A DNA stretch of 64,000 nucleotides from a virus, in the IMG/VR virus record IMGVR_UViG_3300024983_000001, positions 136,745-200,744 of that record; one strand, written 5' to 3'. Position 1 is the first letter of the stretch; each line of letters starts with the position of its first letter. This document shows, piece by piece, positions 27,419 to 36,650 of the stretch. A model generated the notes under the pieces. The model was not told the DNA's origin. It did no database searches and was given only the letters and a program-made list of their open reading frames with translations. The position numbers and the translations under genes are program-made.

Positions 27419-27604
27419 ATGAATTATCCAGAAGAATTGGTTGAGCGTGCAAAATTTGAACTTCGAACATTTGATCGAGTCGGTGCGGAAACAGGTGAAT
27501 TGTTGCTATTGGAAGTAATGGCGTGGAGAGCAAAATTTGCTGATTATGCGTATCAACCATCTACTAATGTTATTGTATTTAAAGGAATTGTTGATAATGA
27601 GTAG
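27419..27604 (+). CDS. hypothetical protein
   Basis: ORF+RBS. Confidence 0.65.
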   Translation: MNYPEELVERAKFELRTFDRVGAETGELLLLEVMAWRAKFADYAYQPSTNVIVFKGIVDNE

Positions 27605-27866
27605 TAAGATTATTTGGCACAAGGGATACTCTGGCGAAAGCATAGTTGACATCAGCCGTGATGTTGATGAATGTTTGAATGGGGAGTATAATGATGCTAT
27701 TGCCCAATTGCCAGTCGACGACCACGGTTTTGTAAAGGGCGAGTTTGTTGTTACGGTTACGTGGGTAGATGAGCCAAAGTGTTGTGTTTGTGGCACAACA
27801 GAAAACCTCCATAAGGATGGTTGGTACGGACATCGTTGTGATTCTGTTGATTGTATGGTTTTTTGA
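27597..27866 (+). CDS. hypothetical protein
   Basis: coupled ORF. Confidence 0.65.
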   Translation: MSSKIIWHKGYSGESIVDISRDVDECLNGEYNDAIAQLPVDDHGFVKGEFVVTVTWVDEPKCCVCGTTENLHKDGWYGHRCDSVDCMVF

Positions 27867-27875
27867 GAGAATAAA

Positions 27876-28163
27876 ATGATTACTTTTCCCCCTGGTTTTG
27901 TTGCGATAAAATATCCTGGGTATTTTTGGAATACGCTGACAAAGCAACTTTATACAATGAAGGTTACAGGTGTGTTGCGACCGTTGGTCCGTTGTAAACC
28001 AAGCTATTTTAATCGTAACTTTGATGGGTATGTGATTTCTGTTGAAGGCCGGCGTCGTCATTGTACTATGGAGTATCTCAACAAGTTAGTTCCCACTGAC
28101 TCGGTTATTCCTGTTCATAAACCAGTGAACATGCTCGGAAGAAAAAATGAAACTAATTTATAA
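27876..28163 (+). CDS. hypothetical protein
   Basis: ORF+RBS. Confidence 0.7.
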   Translation: MITFPPGFVAIKYPGYFWNTLTKQLYTMKVTGVLRPLVRCKPSYFNRNFDGYVISVEGRRRHCTMEYLNKLVPTDSVIPVHKPVNMLGRKNETNL

Positions 28164-28173
28164 TGAGACATAA

Positions 28174-28440
28174 ATGTTTGCTACCCTAATTGAAGTTAAG
28201 AAAAGCTCTAGTCCATCTTATTGGTATGCTGATAGGATTGGTGAGCAGTTTTGGATCGATATGACCTACGATAATAGTGGGTGGTTTCCGTGTATTCTTA
28301 ACAGAACGCAGTTTTTTGGGGTCGATAAGAAACACATCGATTACGTAATTGTGGCGGAAGCAGATATTGATATTGTACAAGCCGTTCAAGTGAATAAATT
28401 ATTCGCTGGCCAAATCCCAACAGGAGATACTGCTGCATGA
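28174..28440 (+). CDS. hypothetical protein
   Basis: ORF+RBS. Confidence 0.7.
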   Translation: MFATLIEVKKSSSPSYWYADRIGEQFWIDMTYDNSGWFPCILNRTQFFGVDKKHIDYVIVAEADIDIVQAVQVNKLFAGQIPTGDTAA

Positions 28441-28573
28441 ATGTATTTTATAAAATGATAAGCAAGGTTCTGATGTGGATTGTATTGTTCTTTGCTGTAA
28501 TTGCTGCCATTTGTGTAGTTGGCCTCGAAGTATTTGAGCGGTCTTCTATTCGTTTTAGCAAAAAGGTGTCCAA

Positions 28574-28756
28574 GTGACCACCATATACAAAATGTTGTTT
28601 TGGATTTCACGCGGTTTCGCATACACACTTGGCGCCGTATTTGCTATAATAGCAGGTGCATTGCTTGCTTGTATGGAGATGTGCGGCACAATGAGTGATT
28701 GGTGCGAAAATAAACTCGATTTGCTTAAAGCTAAAGGAGCAACTGATGAAGAATAA
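28574..28756 (+). CDS. hypothetical membrane protein
   Basis: one TM helix. Confidence 0.55.
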   Translation: MTTIYKMLFWISRGFAYTLGAVFAIIAGALLACMEMCGTMSDWCENKLDLLKAKGATDEE

Positions 28757-29102
28757 TATTATGAAGTTTATTGTGGCGGTTGTTCTGGTATCTGTTGTCA
28801 ACACAGCTAATGCTGGCTTTCTCACGGGAGTAATCGTTGGTTCGGCAATGTCGTCTGGGCCATCGCGCCAAGAGGTTAACACTCTGTTTGCATCGGATGT
28901 TAAGAACCACGATGTAGTTGTTTGTTGCACGAATAACATGGTTAATAATACGATGTGCCAGGATGTTCGCACAACTCGAGGCATTTTTGACCTAACACCA
29001 GCACAATTTGCAAAGCAGGCAGGCTATAATATTCTTTATAAAACCGGTTTCATTAAAACAGCACATGGATGTGATATGATTGTGATGGAAGTTGGTAGGT
29101 AA
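28746..29102 (+). CDS. hypothetical exported protein
   Basis: signal peptide ending ANA. Confidence 0.65.
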   Translation: MKNNIMKFIVAVVLVSVVNTANAGFLTGVIVGSAMSSGPSRQEVNTLFASDVKNHDVVVCCTNNMVNNTMCQDVRTTRGIFDLTPAQFAKQAGYNILYKTGFIKTAHGCDMIVMEVGR

Positions 29103-29163
29103 TTGTTGCCAATCTAATTCTTATGTTGTAAAATTGCATTTCTATTTTATTTGAAAGTATTGA

Positions 29164-29610
29164 ATGAAAATCAAATCAATTGTTGGTGGGTTACTGATGA
29201 TGGCATCGGTTTCGGCGCCCGCATTCAACACTTCGTCTATTCCTGAAGTAGATCAATATATCTACACCCTCAACACAAAAGCCCATTGGAATTTTGGTTC
29301 AGTTTCAGTGACACAGATTGTTAAAGCTGATATGGATCATGATAGTGTGCCTGAGATAGTTGTGATGTATGTCACACGAGGTGCAACGTGGACGATGATC
29401 AATGTTGCTGTGTTTTCAAAACAAAATAACAAATACGTGCTTGTTGATGATGAACAATTGCGTGCAGCAGAGGCATCTCGATTTGAAATTACTAATGGTA
29501 TTTTAACCGTGAATCTAACACAATGGGGTGATGATGATCCACATTGCTGCCCCACTATACACACAAAAGCCCGATTTGTGCTCCGCCACAATAAAATTGT
29601 TGATTACTGA
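29164..29610 (+). CDS. exported protein, LppP/LprE-like C-terminus
   Basis: signal peptide; DDPHCCPT motif. Confidence 0.6.
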   Translation: MKIKSIVGGLLMMASVSAPAFNTSSIPEVDQYIYTLNTKAHWNFGSVSVTQIVKADMDHDSVPEIVVMYVTRGATWTMINVAVFSKQNNKYVLVDDEQLRAAEASRFEITNGILTVNLTQWGDDDPHCCPTIHTKARFVLRHNKIVDY

Positions 29611-29685
29611 GGGTTGATATAATCTGCATAGTGGTGTAAAATATGTTTAATAAAATTTGATTGTCTTCGCCGGATTTCATATGAG

Positions 29686-30048
29686 TTGATTGAGGCATGG
29701 AAAAAGGGGGACAGAGCACATGATTATCTGCGCCAACGTGCCGCTGATTTGGATGCTGAAGCGGATAAGCTCGAAATGGTAAATGGTACATGGGCAAATC
29801 GTGCACACATGAAAGATCGTTGGGAAAAATTAAAAACCATTACACTCAAACCATGCCCGTTTTGTGGTTTTGTGCCCGAAATCGAGGACGAAGATTGTAT
29901 CTATCCAGCTACGCGAGACAGAACCGTTTGGCAAATTAATTGCTACACTACGGGGGGTGGTTGTGACGCTGATATTTTGGGTGATTCGCCTGAAGATGTA
30001 ATTGAGAAGTGGAACAGGAGGTGTGGTGATGGTTTACAACAAAAGTAA
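29686..30048 (+). CDS. Lar-family (restriction alleviation) zinc-ribbon protein
   Basis: LKPCPFCG...C...C...IEKWNRR. Confidence 0.7.
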   Translation: MIEAWKKGDRAHDYLRQRAADLDAEADKLEMVNGTWANRAHMKDRWEKLKTITLKPCPFCGFVPEIEDEDCIYPATRDRTVWQINCYTTGGGCDADILGDSPEDVIEKWNRRCGDGLQQK

Positions 30049-30061
30049 AGGTGATTTTACG

Positions 30062-30256
30062 ATGTTAAATAAGCAACCAAAGTTTCATACACATAAAGAC
30101 GAGCGAGGTGTTTTGGTCAAGTGTTATCATGAATCAAAATCGTTATTGTTGTCGGTTAGCTTTTGGCTTGGGATGACGCTTGGATTCCCACTTGAACACT
30201 TCATATGGGAGAAGTTGCCAGGTTTTAGTTGGATTACGCATTGGTTGGGACTATAA
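30062..30256 (+). CDS. hypothetical membrane protein
   Basis: ORF+RBS. Confidence 0.65.
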   Translation: MLNKQPKFHTHKDERGVLVKCYHESKSLLLSVSFWLGMTLGFPLEHFIWEKLPGFSWITHWLGL

Positions 30257-30257
30257 C

Positions 30258-30584
30258 ATGTGGATGGATGATAAATTGACGTGGAGGTGGGTTGAAGACA
30301 GACCAAAGAACAAAGAAGGAAAATATATTGGTCTGATAGGCAATCCACCAACAAAAAAGGTTATTGATTATATCACTATTAACAAGAATTCAGTAAAATT
30401 GCGACCTGAAGACCATTGGGGCGGAACGGGCGAGCACCAATTAGCAATTGGAGTATGGGACGATGACAAGTACACCCCGCTTAATAGGAATGAACTCGAA
30501 TTTTATCTGGTTACATACTGTTGGGATGATTCTCCACTCGAGTGTATCCCACCACATGGTAAATTTATAACCAGGGTGAAGTGA
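30258..30584 (+). CDS. hypothetical protein
   Basis: ORF. Confidence 0.65.
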   Translation: MWMDDKLTWRWVEDRPKNKEGKYIGLIGNPPTKKVIDYITINKNSVKLRPEDHWGGTGEHQLAIGVWDDDKYTPLNRNELEFYLVTYCWDDSPLECIPPHGKFITRVK

Positions 30585-31291
30585 TAACGAGGGGCAATAT
30601 GACAAAAAAAGAATTAAGCAAATTCAACACCAATCAACGTAGAGCTATTGCTGCAGCAAAAAAATCAGTTGCCCAGCAGATGTCTGCCTTTAAAAAGGCA
30701 GGTAAAGTGTTGGATAAAAAACTCAAGTGGGCTATTGAAGATGCAATTAAAAAAGAGGCCGACCGTGTTAAACAGGAGAAATACGAAGAGGATAAAGAGT
30801 TCTCCGTTGAGTGTTTTTATAACATGTTCGTGCATGGCTTGCAGGGTACTATTCGAAAGTATGGAGCTAACCACTTTACTGAACGCCATATTTCAAAGTA
30901 CGGCAGAAAGGTTGCTACAAGTTTGTATGATTATAAATCAACCCGAACTGGTTACATAAGCATCGGTTTACAATATGCACTTGATGTTGGTGCAAAATTA
31001 AGTGATGTTGGAACAGAAGAACATTTTTGGCCAAGGCAATACGTTGGTGAATTGTTTGTGCGTTACATTTTGGAGCATAATGATATATCATTAGCAGAAT
31101 TACGTGAATTGTTAGACAAGCATACACACGTTCATTTAGTTTTAAAAGATGAGAATCAACACCTAAAGGATTTTCAACAAAGTAAAAAATTTAATTCGTG
31201 GGCGGAATCGTATTATCAAGCAAGTATAATTTTATTTCATGCGGTATCAGGAAACCTTCATCCTGAGCTGGTTAAATTGTATTTGAAATAG
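30581..31291 (+). CDS. hypothetical protein (possible degenerate HNH-like C-terminus)
   Basis: TEEHFWPR...VHLVLKDEN. Confidence 0.7.
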   Translation: MITRGNMTKKELSKFNTNQRRAIAAAKKSVAQQMSAFKKAGKVLDKKLKWAIEDAIKKEADRVKQEKYEEDKEFSVECFYNMFVHGLQGTIRKYGANHFTERHISKYGRKVATSLYDYKSTRTGYISIGLQYALDVGAKLSDVGTEEHFWPRQYVGELFVRYILEHNDISLAELRELLDKHTHVHLVLKDENQHLKDFQQSKKFNSWAESYYQASIILFHAVSGNLHPELVKLYLK

Positions 31292-31329
31292 TTTATAATT
31301 ATTATCAGAATTTAATTAAGGAGAATGAT

Positions 31330-31623
31330 ATGATTAATGTTGACGGAGATGGTTATTTGGTTGATATGGCCGACTGGACGCCAGAAGTGATGGTAGAGCT
31401 GGCAGCTCAGGATGGCGTAGAACTAACGGATGATATGATTACTTATATTATGAGCGCACGAGAACTGTTTGAAGAAAATCAAACAGTTCCTCCAATCCGT
31501 GAGTTTGCAAAGATTCACGGTATGGACCGCAAAGCTCAGCCGCTGTATGATTTGTTTCCCCGCGGTCCGATGAAGATGATTTCGAAATTTGGTGGCATGC
31601 CTAAGCCCACTGGATGCGTCTAA
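31330..31623 (+). CDS. tusE: TusE/DsrC-family sulfur relay protein
   Basis: VDGDGYL..MADW...LYDLFPRGP...GGMPKPTGCV; only the terminal Cys is present. Confidence 0.9.
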   Translation: MINVDGDGYLVDMADWTPEVMVELAAQDGVELTDDMITYIMSARELFEENQTVPPIREFAKIHGMDRKAQPLYDLFPRGPMKMISKFGGMPKPTGCV

Positions 31624-31823
31624 TGAAAGACAAGGCGCACCGAATTAAGGCAGGGGATGTTTATTGTCTTTCGATAGGCCGGGGTGGTGATCTGTGGGGA
31701 GAAGTTGTTGTTGATGGTGATAATTTGAAGTTTAAAGTTTGGAATCCGGCACCGGCGGAATATCGCAACAAAACACTGGATATAAAAATTGGGGGCAAAT
31801 TGGCTAGTGCTGTTGACAATTAA
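31623..31823 (+). CDS. hypothetical protein
   Basis: coupled ORF. Confidence 0.55.
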   Translation: MKDKAHRIKAGDVYCLSIGRGGDLWGEVVVDGDNLKFKVWNPAPAEYRNKTLDIKIGGKLASAVDN

Positions 31824-31845
31824 TTAGTTTGTAGTATAATGTTTC

Positions 31846-32197
31846 ACATCGCTGGGAGAGATTGCTTCCAGACAAAAGTGGAGATCGATGCCCACTCGAG
31901 TGAAGGTGATGGTAGGCTCGACAATGTTGGTGATTGCATTATACAAATGCAAAATAAACGACCGAGTGAACACAAGTAGCCGCAATAGGCCGAGACTGTA
32001 TATGTGGATAACGGCAATCTTGAGGTAATAGCAAGCGTGTTTGTTATTAACTGACGCATTTAGCCTGACACGATACAATCGCATGTGTATAGTGTGATTG
32101 TAAGGATGCGACTACAGCAAAAGGTGGAAGTGCTTGGGGCACATTAACATATTAGACAACAGAACACGCCAGGACCCCAAACCTGGCATTTCCTTTT
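31846..32197 (+). ncRNA. candidate ~350-nt structured ncRNA
   Basis: own promoter (TTGACA 31813/TATAAT 31835), many hairpins, terminal GCCAGG/CCTGGC hairpin, no + strand ORF. Confidence 0.55.
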
Positions 32198-32271
32198 GTA
32201 TACAATCTCGTTGTCATATTCGTCCAATTGATTTATAATCTACAAACAATTTTAATTTCACGAGGCACAAC

Positions 32272-32511
32272 ATGTCAGACACAATTTTTCTATATATGCA
32301 TGATTCCAAACTCGAGGGCGGCTGTGGTGGGGTATCATTTGCTTATGATCATATGCCTACTGAATCTGAAGAAATGCTTGTTGAGCACACGGTACCCTTC
32401 AATGGTTGCGTACCTTCGCCATATGAAGTAGTTTCCTGTGCAACTTGTGGTGGGACGTTTCCTGATTGGTATACTTTTCCGCTAACTAATTTTATAGCTT
32501 ACAAATCCTAA
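32272..32511 (+). CDS. hypothetical protein
   Basis: ORF+RBS. Confidence 0.6.
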   Translation: MSDTIFLYMHDSKLEGGCGGVSFAYDHMPTESEEMLVEHTVPFNGCVPSPYEVVSCATCGGTFPDWYTFPLTNFIAYKS

Positions 32512-32976
32512 TTGGAGAATAAAATGGAATACAAAATCAACTACGGTACCACCACCCAACCCATCGATATTGAAAAGGCAGAGAAAAAATACGGCGCAAA
32601 ATACATCGGCGATTTTTGTTTGAAAACCAAACACGGTGGTTGGAGTGAAGAACCGGCAGCTGTTTTTTACCAACCAACCCCAGATGTGAGCCTTGGACAC
32701 ACACACTATTTTGGTTTATTTGAACGCGGTGGCATCATGTATATCACAAAGGGTGATAGTGCATTCGAAGAACCTATTGTAGGTATTGTGGGTGTAGATG
32801 GTGAAGTTGTTTATAGCCGGTATCGGCACGACTTCCGTGCATTAAAATCGTTGGATCAGTTTATTGATGGCGGTCGCGATTATTGTCGTAGAGGTGGCAG
32901 CGGCCAAATGGCAGGAACGGTGTTGCTTACTGTTGATAAAGATAAGTTGGTAGTTACGGATGAAAAGCCGCTATGA
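32512..32976 (+). CDS. conserved phage hypothetical protein
   Basis: YSRYRHDF...FIDGGRDY motif. Confidence 0.75.
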   Translation: MENKMEYKINYGTTTQPIDIEKAEKKYGAKYIGDFCLKTKHGGWSEEPAAVFYQPTPDVSLGHTHYFGLFERGGIMYITKGDSAFEEPIVGIVGVDGEVVYSRYRHDFRALKSLDQFIDGGRDYCRRGGSGQMAGTVLLTVDKDKLVVTDEKPL

Positions 32977-33155
32977 TTACTCATGCATGTTTTAGCTGTG
33001 TTCCGAAAAGAGTGAAGCCGAAACTTGGCGACCGCAAAATGATTAGGGGTGTGTTGCACGAGCGTAAACTCGAAAAGGTGCATGATATTCACGGCAATCC
33101 TATCGGCTATAACCACACGGGTGGTCGACCACATTATGTGTGGGTGCCGGTATGA
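32973..33155 (+). CDS. hypothetical protein
   Basis: coupled ORF. Confidence 0.55.
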   Translation: MITHACFSCVPKRVKPKLGDRKMIRGVLHERKLEKVHDIHGNPIGYNHTGGRPHYVWVPV

Positions 33156-33367
33156 AAGAAGTATTGGATAAATTGGTTGGCAATCATCTCACTACATCAA
33201 AAACTGTGGACATTTGTACAAATAATGGTTATACAGTAACAGGTTTTGTGTTACATGATGTTACGGGCAAATGTTGCATAGTTGATTTGGCAGCGGTCCG
33301 GTGGTTGTCAAAAGAGGAGATGTGGGGTATAATGCACCCCAAACCTACTTCATTAAGCGAGGAGTAA
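33152..33367 (+). CDS. hypothetical protein
   Basis: coupled ORF. Confidence 0.55.
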   Translation: MKEVLDKLVGNHLTTSKTVDICTNNGYTVTGFVLHDVTGKCCIVDLAAVRWLSKEEMWGIMHPKPTSLSEE

Positions 33368-33371
33368 AACT

Positions 33372-33521
33372 GTGTTTAAAAACCATATAAAGTATAAGGA
33401 TGTGTGGGTAGCACCAGGCAGCAAAACACACAAGGCGTTAACAGATGGTGATAAGGCTGGTGCACAAGCGCTGTATAATGCAGCAAAAGAAATGGAAAGA
33501 CGTTTACTGGAGAAGAAATGA
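33372..33521 (+). CDS. small hypothetical protein
   Basis: GTG start after GGAG, read by hand. Confidence 0.5.
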   Translation: MFKNHIKYKDVWVAPGSKTHKALTDGDKAGAQALYNAAKEMERRLLEKK

Positions 33522-33802
33522 AAAACTTTTACGTACTTGAAAACTGGGGTGTTGTTGCAACGATTGATAATCCGTACCAAGCGCCCGAACAGGCAAAATA
33601 CAAACTGAACGGTGATGTATATGGACATAGCGAATTTGGTGAAGGTGAAAACATTACTACTTCATCAATCATGTCGGTTGATACTGATACCGGCACAGTT
33701 ATTACACGATCGGGCAGCACCTACAAATTAGGCACAACAGCACCTGAATATGAAAAACTTTACCCTAATGCCAGAGCAAGATTGTTTAAACAATTTGAAT
33801 GA
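33518..33802 (+). CDS. conserved phage hypothetical protein
   Basis: LENW...GDVYGH..F..GE.I.TS...TRSGSTYKLG. Confidence 0.75.
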   Translation: MKNFYVLENWGVVATIDNPYQAPEQAKYKLNGDVYGHSEFGEGENITTSSIMSVDTDTGTVITRSGSTYKLGTTAPEYEKLYPNARARLFKQFE

Positions 33803-34791
33803 GGCCTGTTATGAACGTATTATTTAAAACAGAATACGGATCGAGATTGTATGGCACAAATACACCAACTTCCGATACAGATTGGAAAGTAGTGTATTTG
33901 CCTGCTCTTGACGATCTGTTGGTTGGTAAGAGATTGTCTATCACGAGTAAATCTACTGGTGATGATAAGTCTCGCAATACGAGTGATGATGAAGATATTA
34001 GTTTTATCCCACTACAAATTTTTGCTAAGGATTTTTTAGCAGGACAAACCTATGCTATTGAAGTTGCGTTTGCATACTTGTCGAGGTATGACTCTACGGG
34101 ATTGTTTGGTTACTTTGTTGGTGAACTAACGAGCCGATTTTTAACATCTAATGTTAAAGCTATGGTTGGGTATGCTCTAAACCAGGCTCAAATTTATGGT
34201 GTTAAAGGAACTCGGTTAGCTACAGTGGAGAAGTTTAAAGAGCATCTTGAAACTTTGTGTGCTGATGGGTTTGCTGATGAAAAGCTAGATCTCGTTGAAA
34301 ATTGGCTTAGTGAAAATACTGACAAGTATCTTTTTTACACCACATACGAGAATCATAACGAAAAATTAGCCGCAGTTAGTTTATTGGAGAAGGTGTATCC
34401 ATTCAATATCACTGTTGGTGAAGCATACAACCGTGTCAGGAAACTTGAAGACAAATATGGCGTTCGTGCTCAGGCTGCTAAACAAGCTGACGGTGCTGAC
34501 TGGAAGGCAATGTCACACGCGCTACGCATTTTAATGCAAGCTATTGTGCTATTGGAAGAACACAAGTTGGTGTTTCCGTTACCAGCGGATGCTGTGGCAT
34601 TCTTGAAGAGTGTCAAAAATGGAAAGGTTCCATTCGAAAATGTCCAAACTGTTTTGGTTAACTGGATGCATGATTTGGATGTGGCAAAGGAAAATACAAC
34701 ATTACCTGCAAATACGGACGATCTTGAACAAGAGTTTAATACTTGGCTGATTAAATGGGTTCGGTTATTCTATACCGAATACACATGGTGA
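33799..34791 (+). CDS. nucleotidyltransferase, T4 NrdC.11 / RlaP-like
   Basis: YGSRLYGTNTPTSDTDWK; ADWKAMSHALR. Confidence 0.85.
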   Translation: MRPVMNVLFKTEYGSRLYGTNTPTSDTDWKVVYLPALDDLLVGKRLSITSKSTGDDKSRNTSDDEDISFIPLQIFAKDFLAGQTYAIEVAFAYLSRYDSTGLFGYFVGELTSRFLTSNVKAMVGYALNQAQIYGVKGTRLATVEKFKEHLETLCADGFADEKLDLVENWLSENTDKYLFYTTYENHNEKLAAVSLLEKVYPFNITVGEAYNRVRKLEDKYGVRAQAAKQADGADWKAMSHALRILMQAIVLLEEHKLVFPLPADAVAFLKSVKNGKVPFENVQTVLVNWMHDLDVAKENTTLPANTDDLEQEFNTWLIKWVRLFYTEYTW

Positions 34792-34794
34792 AAA

Positions 34795-35184
34795 ATGTCT
34801 GATTTGTTAACCCTCCGTCCTTACATGATCACAGCTATACATCAGTGGTGCTGTGATCATGATGCCAAACCAATGATAGTAATACACGCCGGTGAAGGTA
34901 CATACTTACCACCCAATCTGCGGTATGGTGATGCGACAACGTTTGATATCGGTGTTGCAGCCATTGCAGATTTACACATTGGTGAATTTGTATCATTTAA
35001 AGCGCGGTTTAGTGGAAAGGTGCAAGAGATAATGGTTCCTGTGGGTGATGTCTACGCCATATATGCAGAAGGCAAGGAAATTGGTTTTGTTTTTGATCGG
35101 GAAACTAATGAAACAACCAACGATGTAATAAATACTGAAGAACCACCACCAAAGAAAAAACCTACGCTTACTATTGTAAAATAA
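34795..35184 (+). CDS. sspB: ClpXP adaptor SspB
   Basis: RPYMITAIHQWCCD...FKARFSG...IYAE...GFVF and C-terminal PTLTIVK ClpX-binding-like tail. Confidence 0.85.
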   Translation: MSDLLTLRPYMITAIHQWCCDHDAKPMIVIHAGEGTYLPPNLRYGDATTFDIGVAAIADLHIGEFVSFKARFSGKVQEIMVPVGDVYAIYAEGKEIGFVFDRETNETTNDVINTEEPPPKKKPTLTIVK

Positions 35185-35199
35185 CCAAAGGACTGTTGG

Positions 35200-35403
35200 A
35201 TGAGTACTTACATATATCAATTACCGTGCCAAAGTCCTGGTTGTAACCAAATGTTTTCAAACAAGAGTGTTGGTGTGTGGCAAATATGTGATCGTTGTCA
35301 TTATCGTGTCTGCCACAACCACCCTATAGGAATATGTCCGCAATGTAAGTATGGCATTATTAAAAACTATTCTGGGTCGTGGGAAAAATATAACTCAAAG
35401 TGA
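35200..35403 (+). CDS. hypothetical Cys-rich protein
   Basis: CxxxxC, CxxC, CxxH, CxxC. Confidence 0.6.
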   Translation: MSTYIYQLPCQSPGCNQMFSNKSVGVWQICDRCHYRVCHNHPIGICPQCKYGIIKNYSGSWEKYNSK

Positions 35404-35417
35404 AAAGGAAATAAGGC

Positions 35418-35612
35418 ATGTATCTGTCTAGGGATTTAGAAATGGATATTGCTCACGCGATGGTGAAAGAGGCTATAAAAACTGCCAATGGTGATACCGA
35501 ACAAGCTATAGAAATAATCTTAAAGCGTTGTGAGGATGATAAGGAAATGTTTGATATTATGGCAAAATTTGGTTTTGATGTGATTGCGTCGAGACGTAAT
35601 ACAACTCACTAA
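35418..35612 (+). CDS. hypothetical protein
   Basis: ORF+RBS. Confidence 0.7.
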   Translation: MYLSRDLEMDIAHAMVKEAIKTANGDTEQAIEIILKRCEDDKEMFDIMAKFGFDVIASRRNTTH

Positions 35613-35801
35613 ATGCGAAGAAACAAAAAACCAACCACCAACGAACCCTGTCATTTATGTATTGTAGATGTTGTTTTAGGTCTTGCAGCAGTTAGTTTGT
35701 TTATAGCTACGTTTTTTGCTGTATCCTTAACAGCAATGTTGATGATACTCATTGGGATGATTGTTGAGTTTTTTATAATGTGGTGGAGACGTATAATATG
35801 A
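35613..35801 (+). CDS. hypothetical membrane protein
   Basis: hydrophobic ORF. Confidence 0.6.
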   Translation: MRRNKKPTTNEPCHLCIVDVVLGLAAVSLFIATFFAVSLTAMLMILIGMIVEFFIMWWRRII

Positions 35802-36079
35802 TTGATAGTGCAGCGCTTGTATTTGTGTTACAATGATTTAATCCCGATATCGAGGCGGTGGATGTTGATTCTGTTAATGGTGGTTTAGAGATTACATATC
35901 TCAACAAAAGTGGAAATATAGTTAGCTACACGATCAACGATACAGTTGCGTTTGAAGAAGAGGCGGATGAATTTTACCTCGCCGTTCTTGAAGTGAATAA
36001 GCAATATGCCAATAAGGAATATTTGTTACTTGCATCGCTTGATGTTGTGTTATCAAGATATAAAAATGCACCGCAATAA
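35798..36079 (+). CDS. hypothetical protein
   Basis: coupled ORF, start extended to ATG 35798. Confidence 0.65.
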
Positions 36080-36103
36080 AAACCGCCTAGTTAGGCGGTT
36101 TTT
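36078..36103. terminator. bidirectional terminator
   Basis: AAAAACCGCCTAGTTAGGCGGTTTTT between convergent genes. Confidence 0.85.
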
Positions 36104-36105
36104 GT

Positions 36106-36636
36106 TTACATTGTAGTTAGATTGGAAATAGTAGTATTTCGTATCGTGCGAGCTGTCGCCGGGTCAGCGGCTAATCTAACGTCTGTTTTCCCCTTAATAC
36201 GCTCACCTTCAATCATCGCACCTTTTGTAACCCACAAAGCTCTTGTTGCGATGATTGCGTTAGCAGCATCGGTAGCTGTTTTTCCAGTAGCAGTAGATTC
36301 AGCAGCAATCCACGGAAATGGAGTCAAATCAGCTGGTGTACCCGCCGCAATATAGTTAGTTGCATCTTGATACTTTTCTTGGTAGGTGGCTTCTTGCCCG
36401 GGTGCTGACGTTAAATAACGCAAACGTGCCTTACCAGCCTCTTCGTCGATTTTAATTAATGCGTCAGCAATAACTTCGGCCAACGATGGTTCAGCTTGAA
36501 ACGGAGGTATATAACCACGCCAAGCTGCTGCATTGTATTGTGACTTCCAAACATTATTAAAATTAACTTCAGGGTTTCTTACATTTTGTAATCTGGTGAT
36601 AACATCACCATTGGTGTTTAGTAATTCAATATCCAT
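36106..36636 (-). CDS. putative tail fibre assembly protein
   Basis: ARLRYLT..PGQEATYQEK..DA...FPWIAAE; directly follows the fibre-like gene. Confidence 0.6.
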   Translation of the reverse strand: MDIELLNTNGDVITRLQNVRNPEVNFNNVWKSQYNAAAWRGYIPPFQAEPSLAEVIADALIKIDEEAGKARLRYLTSAPGQEATYQEKYQDATNYIAAGTPADLTPFPWIAAESTATGKTATDAANAIIATRALWVTKGAMIEGERIKGKTDVRLAADPATARTIRNTTISNLTTM

Positions 36637-36650
36637 ATTATCACCTCATA

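Noticed and set aside
31330-31623. True dissimilatory DsrC
   Set aside because: CysB is replaced by Ser and there are no dsr genes in the window.
31846-32197. RNase P or tmRNA assignment
   Set aside because: No GAGGAAAGUCC CR-I and no tRNA-like Ala ends or tag ORF; only a partial ACAGAAC.
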